Positions 8,993 to 18,236 of a stretch of 38,114 nt of DNA are shown piece after piece. The notes under the pieces were generated by a model that ran no database searches, was not told the DNA's origin, and was given only the letters and a program-made list of their open reading frames with translations. Position numbers and translations under genes: made by a program. Numbering within the stretch: position 1 is the first letter of the stretch; every line of letters starts with the position of its first letter. This stretch comes from a virus (taxonomy: Duplodnaviria > Caudoviricetes): IMG/VR virus record IMGVR_UViG_3300009095_000007, positions 1-38,114 of that record; one strand, given 5' to 3'.

Positions 8993-10612
8993 ATGACCTA
9001 TCCCACCAATCAGTTAGCTTATTCTCAAGCATCGGGAACCTCTCAAATACCAACATATAGATTCGAGACCCGAGATCCCAACTCATTTGACTTCAGCTCT
9101 AATTCAAAGCTATACGAGAGATGGGTTAACACCAATACCAAAGGAATTTGGTATCTTGAGTCTGTCACCGCATCTAACGGGTCACTATCCGCACAGTGGA
9201 GAGCAGTAGCCCCAATCGTTGTAGATGTCGTTCCTCCTGCATCCCCCCTCACCGCATCTGCTGATTATTCTTATCCCATCGGTCAAACATGGGTAGACAC
9301 AGCAACTGACTCGTATTACGTATTGGTAGATAACCCCACAGACACTACAGGTTACTGGATTCGCCTAAGCTCTGGTGGACAAACAGTGGAAGAGTTTGCA
9401 GTGGATGCCTCCACTCCTCCTGGCACAGATCCTGTTGTCCCTGACGGAGATAGTATCGTTACTGTCACTGGGGGTCAAGTAGCAGCAGAGACGACAGCTA
9501 GCGTAATACAGACCAACTCACTCGCTCCCAATACCTACACTATCCAAGTACAGAGATCCACCGCCAAAGCATCCCCTACTGTAGGTAGCAATGGTGTATG
9601 CCACTTTGATTCAGATCACTTTACCGTTGATTCGGATGGATATGTACAACTGTTAGGGGGAGGGGCAGCGATTGACGAGGTGAACGTAGATGCATCAACA
9701 CCCCCCGGAACTGATCCTGTGCTTCCCACAGCAGGTGGTGCAATCACAGTGACAGGAGGACAAGTTGCAGCTGCAACCACTGCTAATTGCATTCAGACTA
9801 ACTCTTTAGCTGCTAATACTTACACTGTTCAGGTGCAGAGATCAAAGACTGAAGCCTCTGCAGTGGTTGGTAGCAATGGAGTGTCTCACTTTAATTCTGC
9901 TCACTTTACGGTAGATTCCGACGGGTTTGTTTCTTTAGTCTCTGGTTCTGGCGATATCGCTTCAGTGAATATCCAAACATTTACTTCTAACGGAACATAT
10001 ACCCCTACTTCTGGAATGGTCTATTGTGTCATCGAAGTAGTTGGTGGTGGCGGGGGTGGCGGAGCTTCTACTACTGCAGCCGGCCAAGCTTCGGCTGGTT
10101 CTGGAGGGTGTGCGGGTGGATATAGTCGAGGAGTATTTACAGCAGCCGATATTGGGGCTTCTCAATCGGTGACAGTAGGCGCGGGTGGTGCATCTGCATC
10201 AGCTGGTAATACCACTTCGGTAGGAAGTACTCTTATACAAGCGACTGGCGGTGGGCCAGGAATGACAGTCTCTTCAGCTTTTATGGCTCAAGTAGGGGTG
10301 GGGGGATCTACTGGAGGAGTAGGATCTTTAGGAGATGTTAACTTAACTGGAGGGGAAGGGGGAGCCGCTTGTATTATTGTTGATACCAGTGTAGCTTTTT
10401 TAGGCCAAGGTGGTCAAGGCGGGGTCACTGTCTTTGGCGGAGCTGCTGTCCAGTCTTATGTAGTTACTAGTGGGATAACCACCAGTACAGGAAGAGCGGG
10501 GCAGGCTCCTGGAGCTGGAGGGTCGGGAGGAGCATCTATTAACGGTTCTGCGGATGCTGCGGGAGGTGCTGGTGCTGATGGTATTGTCATCATTACGGAA
10601 TATATTGCATAG
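8993..10612 (+). CDS. Tail fibre protein with a 95-aa internal duplication and Gly-rich C-terminal domain
   Basis: VDASTPPGTDPV...HFTVDSDGxVxL repeated at 9401 and 9686; C-terminal QTFTSNGTYTP...VVGGGGGGG...GADGIVIITEY glycine-rich domain. Confidence 0.75.
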   Translation: MTYPTNQLAYSQASGTSQIPTYRFETRDPNSFDFSSNSKLYERWVNTNTKGIWYLESVTASNGSLSAQWRAVAPIVVDVVPPASPLTASADYSYPIGQTWVDTATDSYYVLVDNPTDTTGYWIRLSSGGQTVEEFAVDASTPPGTDPVVPDGDSIVTVTGGQVAAETTASVIQTNSLAPNTYTIQVQRSTAKASPTVGSNGVCHFDSDHFTVDSDGYVQLLGGGAAIDEVNVDASTPPGTDPVLPTAGGAITVTGGQVAAATTANCIQTNSLAANTYTVQVQRSKTEASAVVGSNGVSHFNSAHFTVDSDGFVSLVSGSGDIASVNIQTFTSNGTYTPTSGMVYCVIEVVGGGGGGGASTTAAGQASAGSGGCAGGYSRGVFTAADIGASQSVTVGAGGASASAGNTTSVGSTLIQATGGGPGMTVSSAFMAQVGVGGSTGGVGSLGDVNLTGGEGGAACIIVDTSVAFLGQGGQGGVTVFGGAAVQSYVVTSGITTSTGRAGQAPGAGGSGGASINGSADAAGGAGADGIVIITEYIA

Positions 10613-10620
10613 GAGGTCTT

Positions 10621-10986
10621 ATGACAGCTCCATTCACAATTAATCCCAAAGTTCAAGCTAGAGATGTAACCTTTGAATTCAATGATTCGTGCAACTGCTG
10701 TTGCTGGGGATCTGAACCCGATCTAAAAAAGGCCGCCTACGTCGATTCTAAGGGGGTTGTACAGCCTTTTGATCCTCGTAAGGCTCAAGATGAGCGTGAA
10801 GCTCTTCAGCGCTCAATTTCTCACTTGCAGCAAGTGATTGCTAATATGGCGGAAGAGAGAGCTAAAGACAGAGAAGAGGTTCTCAAAGTTATCGCTGAAC
10901 GCGTAACCCCCCTTACCCCTTCCGATCCAAAACCTCTTACATTTCAGATGATCCTAGACATGCTTCCGTTTGTTAGAAGGAAGTAA
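10621..10986 (+). CDS. Hypothetical protein with a CNCCCW motif
   Basis: 121-aa ORF with AGGAGG RBS. Confidence 0.65.
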   Translation: MTAPFTINPKVQARDVTFEFNDSCNCCCWGSEPDLKKAAYVDSKGVVQPFDPRKAQDEREALQRSISHLQQVIANMAEERAKDREEVLKVIAERVTPLTPSDPKPLTFQMILDMLPFVRRK

Positions 10987-10988
10987 TC

Positions 10989-11204
10989 TTAAGCGCTGTT
11001 TTTCAGATAGTCTAAGTACTCTTCCAGTTCTTTCTTGGCTGCCTGTCTCTCTTTGTATTCTTGGTAAGGTTTGCTGAAGCAAAATATAATTACGCACCAG
11101 CTGACAGATACCAGAGATCCCCAGATGACAAATTGCTTAAATGGACTTATGCACTGTGATCTTGACCCCATGTCCCCGCCCTCTCTATTTCTCTTTCTGA
11201 ACAC
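10989..11204 (-). CDS. Hypothetical single-TM protein (start uncertain)
   Basis: Hydrophobic segment followed by a charged helix; overlaps the upstream minus-strand ORF. Confidence 0.5.
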   Translation of the reverse strand: MFRKRNREGGDMGSRSQCISPFKQFVIWGSLVSVSWCVIIFCFSKPYQEYKERQAAKKELEEYLDYLKNSA

Positions 11205-11431
11205 GAATTGGGGTCTCTTTCTAACTTTTCAAAACACCGTTCGTTTTCTTTGTCACGAACAGCGTTTTCTAGATGATCCCATTCCGGTGTTCTAATTTCC
11301 ATATCGAATACATGCCCATAAGCAACTAAAGCTGCCAACATCGAAATAACGGCAAAAGCGATAACAATAGCCATGCGTGTCTTACTATAGCATAAATGGA
11401 AGTCCTCTGAAGTCTTGGGAAATCTTCTCAT
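11147..11431 (-). CDS. Hypothetical single-TM protein
   Basis: Strong RBS (AAGGAGGGG on minus strand); TM segment IVIAFAVISMLAALVAY. Confidence 0.6.
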   Translation of the reverse strand: MRRFPKTSEDFHLCYSKTRMAIVIAFAVISMLAALVAYGHVFDMEIRTPEWDHLENAVRDKENERCFEKLERDPNSCSEREIERAGTWGQDHSA

Positions 11432-11885
11432 AGCCCCCTCCTTTCGATTATCTAAAGTTCTGGTTTAGCCTTTCTAATGTTAAATCTATACACATAGAGA
11501 ATTTATGGTAAGAGCTATCTGTTTTTTTAATGTCTGAGGTTCAGTGCGTTTAAAGTCGAAGTTTAGCAGGCATACAAATTATTTTTCTCTCTATAGAGAG
11601 CGCCGAGCGGTAAAGATTCAAATTGGAATTGGTTGACAAAATAAAATTGGCCCCAGTAACCTGAGGCCATAAAAAATAAAGGATGAGGCGGACAAACCTC
11701 ACCCTTGTTCAGCAGGCCAAGTCAGTGTGACTTGAGAAACCTGCCCCCTTCCTCACGCGTAGTGAGGGATCAGCTTGACCAAGTAGCTGATGTATTACAT
11801 GATATATTGATATACAGATTTCTGGCAATATCAAGGAATCATTCTATACAGCTCTTGTCAGGCTAATACTTAGCCAAGGAGAAGT

Positions 11886-12218
11886 ATGAATTATTCAAAT
11901 AATCTTACTACAAAGACCCCCTATTTTGTTTTGGAAGAGGTTCTTCCAGATTTAAAAGAAACAGAGGCGCGTCTTCTATTGTGTCTCATTCGTGAAACGT
12001 GTTCGCCTGGATCGAAGCGCGTTAAGATGAAGGAGGGCCATTTGAAGATAGAATCTTCCATTCCTGCACCTGCCTTCTTTGTAGCTCTAGGCGCGTTAAG
12101 AAGAAAAAAACTGATTTTCAGACGGATTGAGGAGGTAGATGGAAAGCGAATAAAGTTTTACTCCGTTGTATTAAAAAAGAATGTGGACAAAGTTCCTGCA
12201 AAGGGGGAAGAAGTATGA
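11886..12218 (+). CDS. Winged-helix protein resembling the N-terminus of phage replication proteins
   Basis: TPYFVLEEVLPDLKETEARLLLCLIRET pattern; AAGGAG RBS; directly upstream of the initiator and helicase. Confidence 0.55.
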   Translation: MNYSNNLTTKTPYFVLEEVLPDLKETEARLLLCLIRETCSPGSKRVKMKEGHLKIESSIPAPAFFVALGALRRKKLIFRRIEEVDGKRIKFYSVVLKKNVDKVPAKGEEV

Positions 12219-13135
12219 GCCAAGATCTTGGATATGATATCGTTCTACCCTCTCATCTTTTGTTAAATGAAAACTTGGAAGCAAACGCTAAACTATTTTA
12301 TGGAGTCATACGCAATCTAACGCGTCATCATGGTTATTGTTACGCCTCTAATAACTATCTAGCAAAACAGATGAATGTAAAAGAAAGAATGGTTAGAAAC
12401 TGGCTAGAAAGCCTGGAAAAGGAGGGATATATAAAGCGTTCTTTCGATGACACGGGCTCCAAAAGACACATCGAACTTTCCTTTGAGTTTCAAGAAAAAA
12501 ATAGGATGGCAAAAAATTGCCACCCCCCCGGCAAAAAATTGCCACCCCCCCCGGCAAAAAATTGCCACCAGAAAGAAGATAATAGAAAGAAGATAATAAA
12601 CAGCAGCAAGCAGGCGCGCAAGCGCCCCTCCCCTGCTGCCCCTGCTGCTGCTTCCATCGAAGAACAGATTAGGAGCAGTAGGATTCCTTCTGATAAGCAA
12701 GAAGCTGCCATCAACTATTACCGCGCCTTCAAAGATGAGGTCGACAAAAAGAAAAACCCCGTCGGATGGATAGTGAACATGTATGATATTGGAAAGATTG
12801 ACGCGATGGAGGAAGTTGTGCAGCAAGAACTGCGCGAGGTGAATCAGGAGCGCGAGAACTTCCGTCTGGCGTCTATTGTGAATAACAAGTTAAGCGGCAG
12901 GAATGACGTGAAATCTTCTATCAGCGAAGTGGGGATAATAATCGAATTCCCTGGAGGGCGAAGATGCGGAGGTAGATATGATTCCCCTCACTTCAAGACT
13001 GATGTTCTTGGCGGGTTGATCTCTGCCGGATTTGTGAAAGACGTTTTAGAGATAGACGAAGAGTGGGAAGGTTCAAAAGAAGATTCCATATTTAATAAAA
13101 TTCTCCAATTGAAGTACGTTAAATCTGAAAAATAA
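12215..13135 (+). CDS. Replication initiator (N-terminal HTH, lambda-O-like organisation)
   Basis: AKLFYGVI...GYCYASNNYLAKQMNV..RMVRNWLESLEKEGYI HTH; internal iterons; followed by DnaB. Confidence 0.8.
   Translation: MSQDLGYDIVLPSHLLLNENLEANAKLFYGVIRNLTRHHGYCYASNNYLAKQMNVKERMVRNWLESLEKEGYIKRSFDDTGSKRHIELSFEFQEKNRMAKNCHPPGKKLPPPPAKNCHQKEDNRKKIINSSKQARKRPSPAAPAAASIEEQIRSSRIPSDKQEAAINYYRAFKDEVDKKKNPVGWIVNMYDIGKIDAMEEVVQQELREVNQERENFRLASIVNNKLSGRNDVKSSISEVGIIIEFPGGRRCGGRYDSPHFKTDVLGGLISAGFVKDVLEIDEEWEGSKEDSIFNKILQLKYVKSEK
12508..12569. repeat. Three iterons GGCAAAAAATTGCCACC, probable replication origin
   Basis: Copies start at 12508, 12530 and 12553 (22-23 bp period), followed by an A-rich tract containing AGAAAGAAGATAATA twice. 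Confidence 0.75.
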
Positions 13136-13148
13136 AAAGGAGAAGAGG

Positions 13149-14600
13149 ATGAGTGGTGTGAATGAAGTGATAGCATCAGATTTACACTCGGAAGAAACCG
13201 AGAACCTGATCCTAGGCATGATGATTCACTCTGTAGATGCCCTTAACACGTGTGTTGATGCTTTGGAGGAGGAAGATATCTACCTTGCCCCAAATAAGAT
13301 CATTTTCAGGGTTTTAAAGGGGTTTTGGCAAAGAGACCAATCGGTTGATGAACATGTGCTCATCGAAGAATTGCGTGCTAATTCTGCCTTGGACAAGGTC
13401 GGTGGGATTGGATTTATTAAGAGTTTGCACATCTACTCTCAGTGCTATGGAACTCTAGAAGAGTATATTGCTATTGTGAAGAACTTTTCTACCCTACGAA
13501 GGCTTGGCCGGATTGGTTCTGATATGTATCTAAAATCGATGAAGCCTAATCAAAGCGGTTATGAACTTTTAGAAGATGCACAGTCTAAGCTTTTCAAAGT
13601 GAGTCAGGGATCATTTTCCAATGCGGGGATGCTTCTCAAAGACATACTAGACGGAAAACACTCAGAATCTAAGAAGAGTTTTATCGAAGAACTGCAGGAG
13701 AGGCAACAGCGGTTCATTCAGAGCGGTGGGGAGGATGCTCCCTTTGAAGGTGTGAAATCAGGGTTTATCGATCTGGATAAACTTCTTATGGGATTTGGTA
13801 ACTCTCATTTAGTGATTTTAGCAGCAAGGCCAGCTGTGGGTAAGACGGCTTTTGCTCTTAACATCGCAGAAAGAGTGTCCATAGAAAACAACACTCCAGT
13901 TGGAATTTTTTCTCTTGAAATGACAGCAGATGAACTTGTCATGAGACTCATTTGTTCCAATGCCAGGATCAGTAAAGACAAGATTTCCACAGGAAATCTA
14001 GCAGGTGATGAGTTTCAAAAAACATATGTAGCTTCTAAGAACCTTGAAGGTGCGCAAATTATCATCGATGATCAGAGTCATTTGCGTATGGGAGACTTGA
14101 GAGTTCGTGCTCGTCGCATGAAAGAGCGTTATAATATTGGTATACTCATTATTGACTACCTTCAGTTGATTGCTGGTTCTAATTCTTTTCGAGGAGATGA
14201 GAATCGTCAGACTCAGGTAGCTGAGATTTCACGTAACATGAAACTGCTAGCAAAAGAACTTAAGATCCCAGTGCTTTGTTTAGCTCAGCTTTCTAGGAAA
14301 GTTGAAGAAAGAACGGAGAAGAAACCAATTGTCAGTGACCTTCGTGAGAGTGGGGCTTTAGAGCAAGATGCTGACGTTGTTCTTTTGCTATCTCGACCTG
14401 AAGTATATGACCCTTATACAAAGCCCGGGCTTGCTCAAGTGATCGTCGGGAAAAACCGTCATGGTCCTACGGGGGAAGTAAACTTAGCTTACGTGAAAGA
14501 ATGTGCTAGATTTGAGAATATAGCTAGAGAGAAAGAAGAGATATCTGATTCTTACAAGCAGTTCTCCCCGGGATACAATCCATCTACTGATTATGATTGA
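13149..14600 (+). CDS. dnaB: Replicative DNA helicase
   Basis: Motifs LAARPAVGKT, FSLEM, IIDYLQL, AQLSR, SDLRESGALEQDAD and KNRHG. Confidence 0.97.
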   Translation: MSGVNEVIASDLHSEETENLILGMMIHSVDALNTCVDALEEEDIYLAPNKIIFRVLKGFWQRDQSVDEHVLIEELRANSALDKVGGIGFIKSLHIYSQCYGTLEEYIAIVKNFSTLRRLGRIGSDMYLKSMKPNQSGYELLEDAQSKLFKVSQGSFSNAGMLLKDILDGKHSESKKSFIEELQERQQRFIQSGGEDAPFEGVKSGFIDLDKLLMGFGNSHLVILAARPAVGKTAFALNIAERVSIENNTPVGIFSLEMTADELVMRLICSNARISKDKISTGNLAGDEFQKTYVASKNLEGAQIIIDDQSHLRMGDLRVRARRMKERYNIGILIIDYLQLIAGSNSFRGDENRQTQVAEISRNMKLLAKELKIPVLCLAQLSRKVEERTEKKPIVSDLRESGALEQDADVVLLLSRPEVYDPYTKPGLAQVIVGKNRHGPTGEVNLAYVKECARFENIAREKEEISDSYKQFSPGYNPSTDYD

Positions 14601-14847
14601 TCAAGATCCTTATGATGTTAATTGGCCAGATCTATGGGTTTGGTGCTGTAGGCATGGGAAAAAGAAAGAGTTTATGGAAAAGCTCAACAAGTACATGACT
14701 ATGGAAAAGAAGCTTTATGATAGGGAATTGGATGCTTACATAAAAGTAGCACTCGCAGAAATCAAATCTGAGGATATGAAGAAAAGGGCCCAGGTATTAC
14801 CTAGGCCCACACATGAGGTCTTTTGTGAAAACGATGAGAAACTATAG
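14593..14847 (+). CDS. Hypothetical protein
   Basis: 84-aa ORF overlapping the dnaB stop. Confidence 0.55.
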   Translation: MIDQDPYDVNWPDLWVWCCRHGKKKEFMEKLNKYMTMEKKLYDRELDAYIKVALAEIKSEDMKKRAQVLPRPTHEVFCENDEKL

Positions 14848-15744
14848 ATCTGCATGAATTTGATCAACGCGCCAGATAGTAGTAGAGGGCTTTCTGAAAG
14901 GAGCTAATGCTTCTTCCCCATAAGTTTCCACCATTTCTTTTATCTGAGGAATGCTAGCGTAATTTACAGCCCCCTTTCTTTCCACTGGGGTGATGGTAAG
15001 GTATTTTCCTGAGCCTTTTTGACCGTTGCAACTTTTGATAAGCTGTTGTTTAATGAACTCTATCCTTTCGTCTTCTTCTCTTCTTCGCGATAGGGTCTGA
15101 TATAGTTCCTTTTCGAGAACAAGGCACTCTTCGTCAGTAATCATGATAGCTCCGGAAGAAGAATTTAGGTTTTTCCAACCTAGCGGGGTTTTGTGTTTTA
15201 TCGACTCATAAAACTCCGCTGCTTTCTCTATCATCTCATCAATGTATGCTTGATCTCTTTTCACGGGCATTGCAACAAAATGATTAATGTCTTCGGGTCT
15301 ATAGCTCACATACCACGCTTTTTGTTGCATAGTCACCATCATTTGCCATTGGATCTGAGGGTAATAGTAATTTGGGATCTCACCTTTTTTGGCTATATCG
15401 TGGTTCTTCTTGCCTGGGCATTTGATTTCTACTAGTGTATTTCCACCATCCCATCCATCTAAGCTGGCAGCTGCCCATTCTATTTCTGGGCTTACTACCC
15501 ACTGAGGATCGACAAGGGTTGCGAATCTAGTCTCAAAGATATGCCTGGCTTCTGGTTCTAACTCTATTCCTCTATCCATCCAAGCATTGCTGGGCGCCGG
15601 AGGACATTCCCCTATCTTCTCTTCATAGAGTTCTTGAGGGCTCTTCCATGGACTGATCCCCATAATCACAGGCAAGTCTGTAGCTGTTATGTAATTCTTT
15701 CTTATTTCTAGCCACTCTTGACTACCTACCTCTATTTTTCTCAT
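14842..15744 (-). CDS. YqaJ/lambda-exonuclease family protein
   Basis: EWLEIRKNYITATD, RGIELEPEAR, ASLDG, EIKCP and YYPQIQWQM motifs. Confidence 0.92.
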   Translation of the reverse strand: MRKIEVGSQEWLEIRKNYITATDLPVIMGISPWKSPQELYEEKIGECPPAPSNAWMDRGIELEPEARHIFETRFATLVDPQWVVSPEIEWAAASLDGWDGGNTLVEIKCPGKKNHDIAKKGEIPNYYYPQIQWQMMVTMQQKAWYVSYRPEDINHFVAMPVKRDQAYIDEMIEKAAEFYESIKHKTPLGWKNLNSSSGAIMITDEECLVLEKELYQTLSRRREEDERIEFIKQQLIKSCNGQKGSGKYLTITPVERKGAVNYASIPQIKEMVETYGEEALAPFRKPSTTIWRVDQIHADL

Positions 15745-15946
15745 TCTTCACCAATAGTTGATTGAACATCATTAATATTTGTGTCTGCTGATCCAATGGA
15801 TAATGCGTAATAATCTTGCAAGCTATCCGCATCAAGGCCTGAACCACAATGATATCAGGCATCATTTCTTCGTTGATGTAGTTAATAATCTTTTTTTCAC
15901 ACTCATTCACAGCGTCTAATACATCATCCATATCGTCAGGCGTCAT
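15722..15946 (-). CDS. Hypothetical protein (probable paralog of 15936-16160)
   Basis: Both are 74 aa and begin MTPDD. Confidence 0.6.
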   Translation of the reverse strand: MTPDDMDDVLDAVNECEKKIINYINEEMMPDIIVVQALMRIACKIITHYPLDQQTQILMMFNQLLVKNEKNRGR

Positions 15947-16160
15947 TTTCTCTCTCTTTTGATAAAAATCTTAAAAACAATTTTACCATTCTGCCCTGGT
16001 GGTGAGGTATATAATCTTTAATCGCATCTGCAGACACTATCAGCATAGACAGAACGCCCACACTTGGACTCACATTTTCTTTTTCTAAAAATCCAGAAAG
16101 CTTGGAACATAACTCCCCGATTTTCTCTTTTAAATCTTCTGCATCATCGGGCGTCATCAT
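15936..16160 (-). CDS. Hypothetical protein
   Basis: Overlapping start and stop within the leftward operon. Confidence 0.6.
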   Translation of the reverse strand: MMTPDDAEDLKEKIGELCSKLSGFLEKENVSPSVGVLSMLIVSADAIKDYIPHHQGRMVKLFLRFLSKERENDA

Positions 16161-16788
16161 TTTTCCCCTCTTCTTTGGCTCTTTCAGAAGCCTGTTCCTC
16201 CTCCTTCATCTGAGCATAGCGCTTTTTGAAAAGATTGATAATAGCTTCAAAAGCATCAGCTGGGATGAGTTCTATAGAACTTACCTGATATTTATTACAA
16301 AGATACGATCTGGCATCTGGAAAGGTCTTGAGCCATCCATAGATTGACTTAATTTGCTCTGCAGATAGCATTTCTGACTGTTTTGACCTGGGGCTGGACT
16401 TTTCCCCGTCATCATCCATTTCTTTGTCAGCAGCAAGGTTTAAAAGGCATCCAATGGTATATCTCTTGGCATACGTGATAGCAGAACCCTTAGCCTGCAT
16501 AGCATTTACCTTTCCATCAGCCCTGTAATCTAAGCGCATCTCGGTAGAGATCCACTGGCCGCTGGAGTGAAACAGTTTGGTGACCATCCTAGGAAAGTCC
16601 CCCTCTACAATACAATGAGCCATCGCTAGCTCATACTTAACAAGTATCGGCTGTACAGCTTGCAGAGTCTCTGCCAAATCTGCATACATGTAGTTGTATG
16701 CCTTACTCTTCTTCTCTAGGATCGGAAACTCCCCTTGAGCTTTGCTCAAAGCGGATACGATCTCATTCACATTATCTGAGTGCATCAT
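16144..16788 (-). CDS. erf: ERF-family single-strand annealing recombinase
   Basis: ALSKAQGEF, YMYADL, HSSGQWI, QAKGSAITYAKRY and DDDG motifs; paired with the exonuclease. Confidence 0.92.
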   Translation of the reverse strand: MMHSDNVNEIVSALSKAQGEFPILEKKSKAYNYMYADLAETLQAVQPILVKYELAMAHCIVEGDFPRMVTKLFHSSGQWISTEMRLDYRADGKVNAMQAKGSAITYAKRYTIGCLLNLAADKEMDDDGEKSSPRSKQSEMLSAEQIKSIYGWLKTFPDARSYLCNKYQVSSIELIPADAFEAIINLFKKRYAQMKEEEQASERAKEEGKNDDAR

Positions 16789-17144
16789 TATGAATCCTTG
16801 TTTTTTTCAATTATGTTAAAAATAAAATCATCAATATAATCTTTCATTGCTAATCTATCCTGTGCTTTGCACTCTATTAACGGTCTTCTAAAATATTCTT
16901 GACCCGTTTGTTCGTGAAATCTTATAAAAGTCAGCCTTTTGTTATCCCACGCCAATCCCCTGCCACCATCGTATCTTTTCTCAAATCGATCAAATGGGCT
17001 CTTTTTTAAATATCCTTCTAACTGACGGATTTCGTAGCTGATTTTATCTAATTTACTGTTTGATTCTTCTATGGCCTCTTTTAGTTTATCCAAACTGTTC
17101 GCGGCGACGACCTCATTCACATTCTCTGAGTGCATCATATTCAT
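16788..17144 (-). CDS. Hypothetical protein whose N-terminus duplicates that of ERF
   Basis: MMHSENVNEVVAA versus MMHSDNVNEIVSA; near-identical DNA. Confidence 0.65.
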   Translation of the reverse strand: MNMMHSENVNEVVAANSLDKLKEAIEESNSKLDKISYEIRQLEGYLKKSPFDRFEKRYDGGRGLAWDNKRLTFIRFHEQTGQEYFRRPLIECKAQDRLAMKDYIDDFIFNIIEKNKDS

Positions 17145-17367
17145 CCTCCCCTTTGTAAAATTCTTTCTCAGCTAGATGTGCTTGTAACCACTCATCAAAG
17201 TCTTTCCACAACATAGCTTCTAGGTCATCTTTCTGAGCGCCGTGAGCCAACTCTTCCCGTGCCCACGGTTGCATCAACTCTTCTTCCACCTTAGCTTGGT
17301 ATTCGGCAAAGAACTCTTCTGGAATGTAGCTTTCTTCAACCCACTCCCAATCGCCTCTATCAATCAT
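17113..17367 (-). CDS. Acidic hypothetical protein, first gene of the leftward operon
   Basis: GGAG RBS; very rich in E/D/W. Confidence 0.6.
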   Translation of the reverse strand: MIDRGDWEWVEESYIPEEFFAEYQAKVEEELMQPWAREELAHGAQKDDLEAMLWKDFDEWLQAHLAEKEFYKGEDEYDALRECE

Positions 17368-17517
17368 GGCTGACTCCGTCGCTTAATCATTATCAATGAT
17401 AAGCTCATTGTGACACCCTGTTTAATTTCGTGCAAGATTTAATGACTTTCCTCTCCTAAAATACGTTAAATACCCTGATTTGTATCCAATTAAATATCCG
17501 TTTTTGTATATTTAACA

Positions 17518-17787
17518 ATGTTTAACAGGAGGAATATTTTGACAACAACTTCTAAGGGAAATCTGCTTAAAGTTTACCTTTTAGATAAGGGGCTTTCCTA
17601 TGCAGAATTTGCAGCCAAGATGGGATGTTCGGCTGCAAGTGTTTGCCTATGGGTAAATGACAAGACTACACCGAGCCCTCTTTTGGCATTAAAGATTCAA
17701 AAAGTAACTAAAGAGAGTGTCCCAATTACTAATTGGGGGTATGCCATTGGCCCTAATAGACGACTTGTCCGCGTATGCAATACGTAA
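17518..17787 (+). CDS. Cro/XRE-like HTH regulator (start may be TTG at 17539)
   Basis: LSYAEFAAKMGCSAASVCLWVNDKTTPS HTH; AGGAGG precedes 17539; divergent from the recombination operon. Confidence 0.8.
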   Translation: MFNRRNILTTTSKGNLLKVYLLDKGLSYAEFAAKMGCSAASVCLWVNDKTTPSPLLALKIQKVTKESVPITNWGYAIGPNRRLVRVCNT

Positions 17788-18236
17788 TCCCTGGCGATCC
17801 TACTCCGTGGCAGGCGCATAAAGGCTATGGAAAGAAGAGCTATAGCCCGAAGTACTGCGAGAAAAAGAGGGCTCAGTGGGAGCTGTTTATTCAGCATGCC
17901 AAAGCTAAGGGAGGTCTTATATCCTCTAAGGAGCTTATCGACAGGCCTATCCGTATCGACTTCTTGTTCTGTATGCCTATCCCTAAATCTAAACCAAAGA
18001 TTTTGAAGCAGGTTAAAAACGGGGAAGAAGTATACCATTCCTCAAAGCCCGACCTTACGAATTTAAAAAAGTTTTCCGAGGATGCCCTTAAAGGGATAGT
18101 AATCAAAGATGATAACATCAATGTAGAAGGCTTTGCCAAGAAGATCTATTCTCTCACGCCTCAAACCATCATTACCATTTCAGAGCTATGCCCCATCTCA
18201 AAACCTGCAAAAAATGCGGTAAAGAAAAGTGTGTAA
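17775..18236 (+). CDS. rusA: RusA-family Holliday junction resolvase
   Basis: IPGDP, SKPDLTNLKKFSEDALKGIVIKDD and KIYS motifs. Confidence 0.88.
   Translation: MQYVIPGDPTPWQAHKGYGKKSYSPKYCEKKRAQWELFIQHAKAKGGLISSKELIDRPIRIDFLFCMPIPKSKPKILKQVKNGEEVYHSSKPDLTNLKKFSEDALKGIVIKDDNINVEGFAKKIYSLTPQTIITISELCPISKPAKNAVKKSV

Noticed and set aside
9386-9940. Diversity-generating retroelement template/variable repeat pair in the tail fibre
   Set aside because: Differences between the copies are spread over all bases, largely at synonymous positions, and no reverse transcriptase is encoded.
2469-10656. Numerous antisense and alternative-frame ORFs overlapping long structural genes
   Set aside because: They are shadows of the coding strand, without RBS or recognisable motifs.
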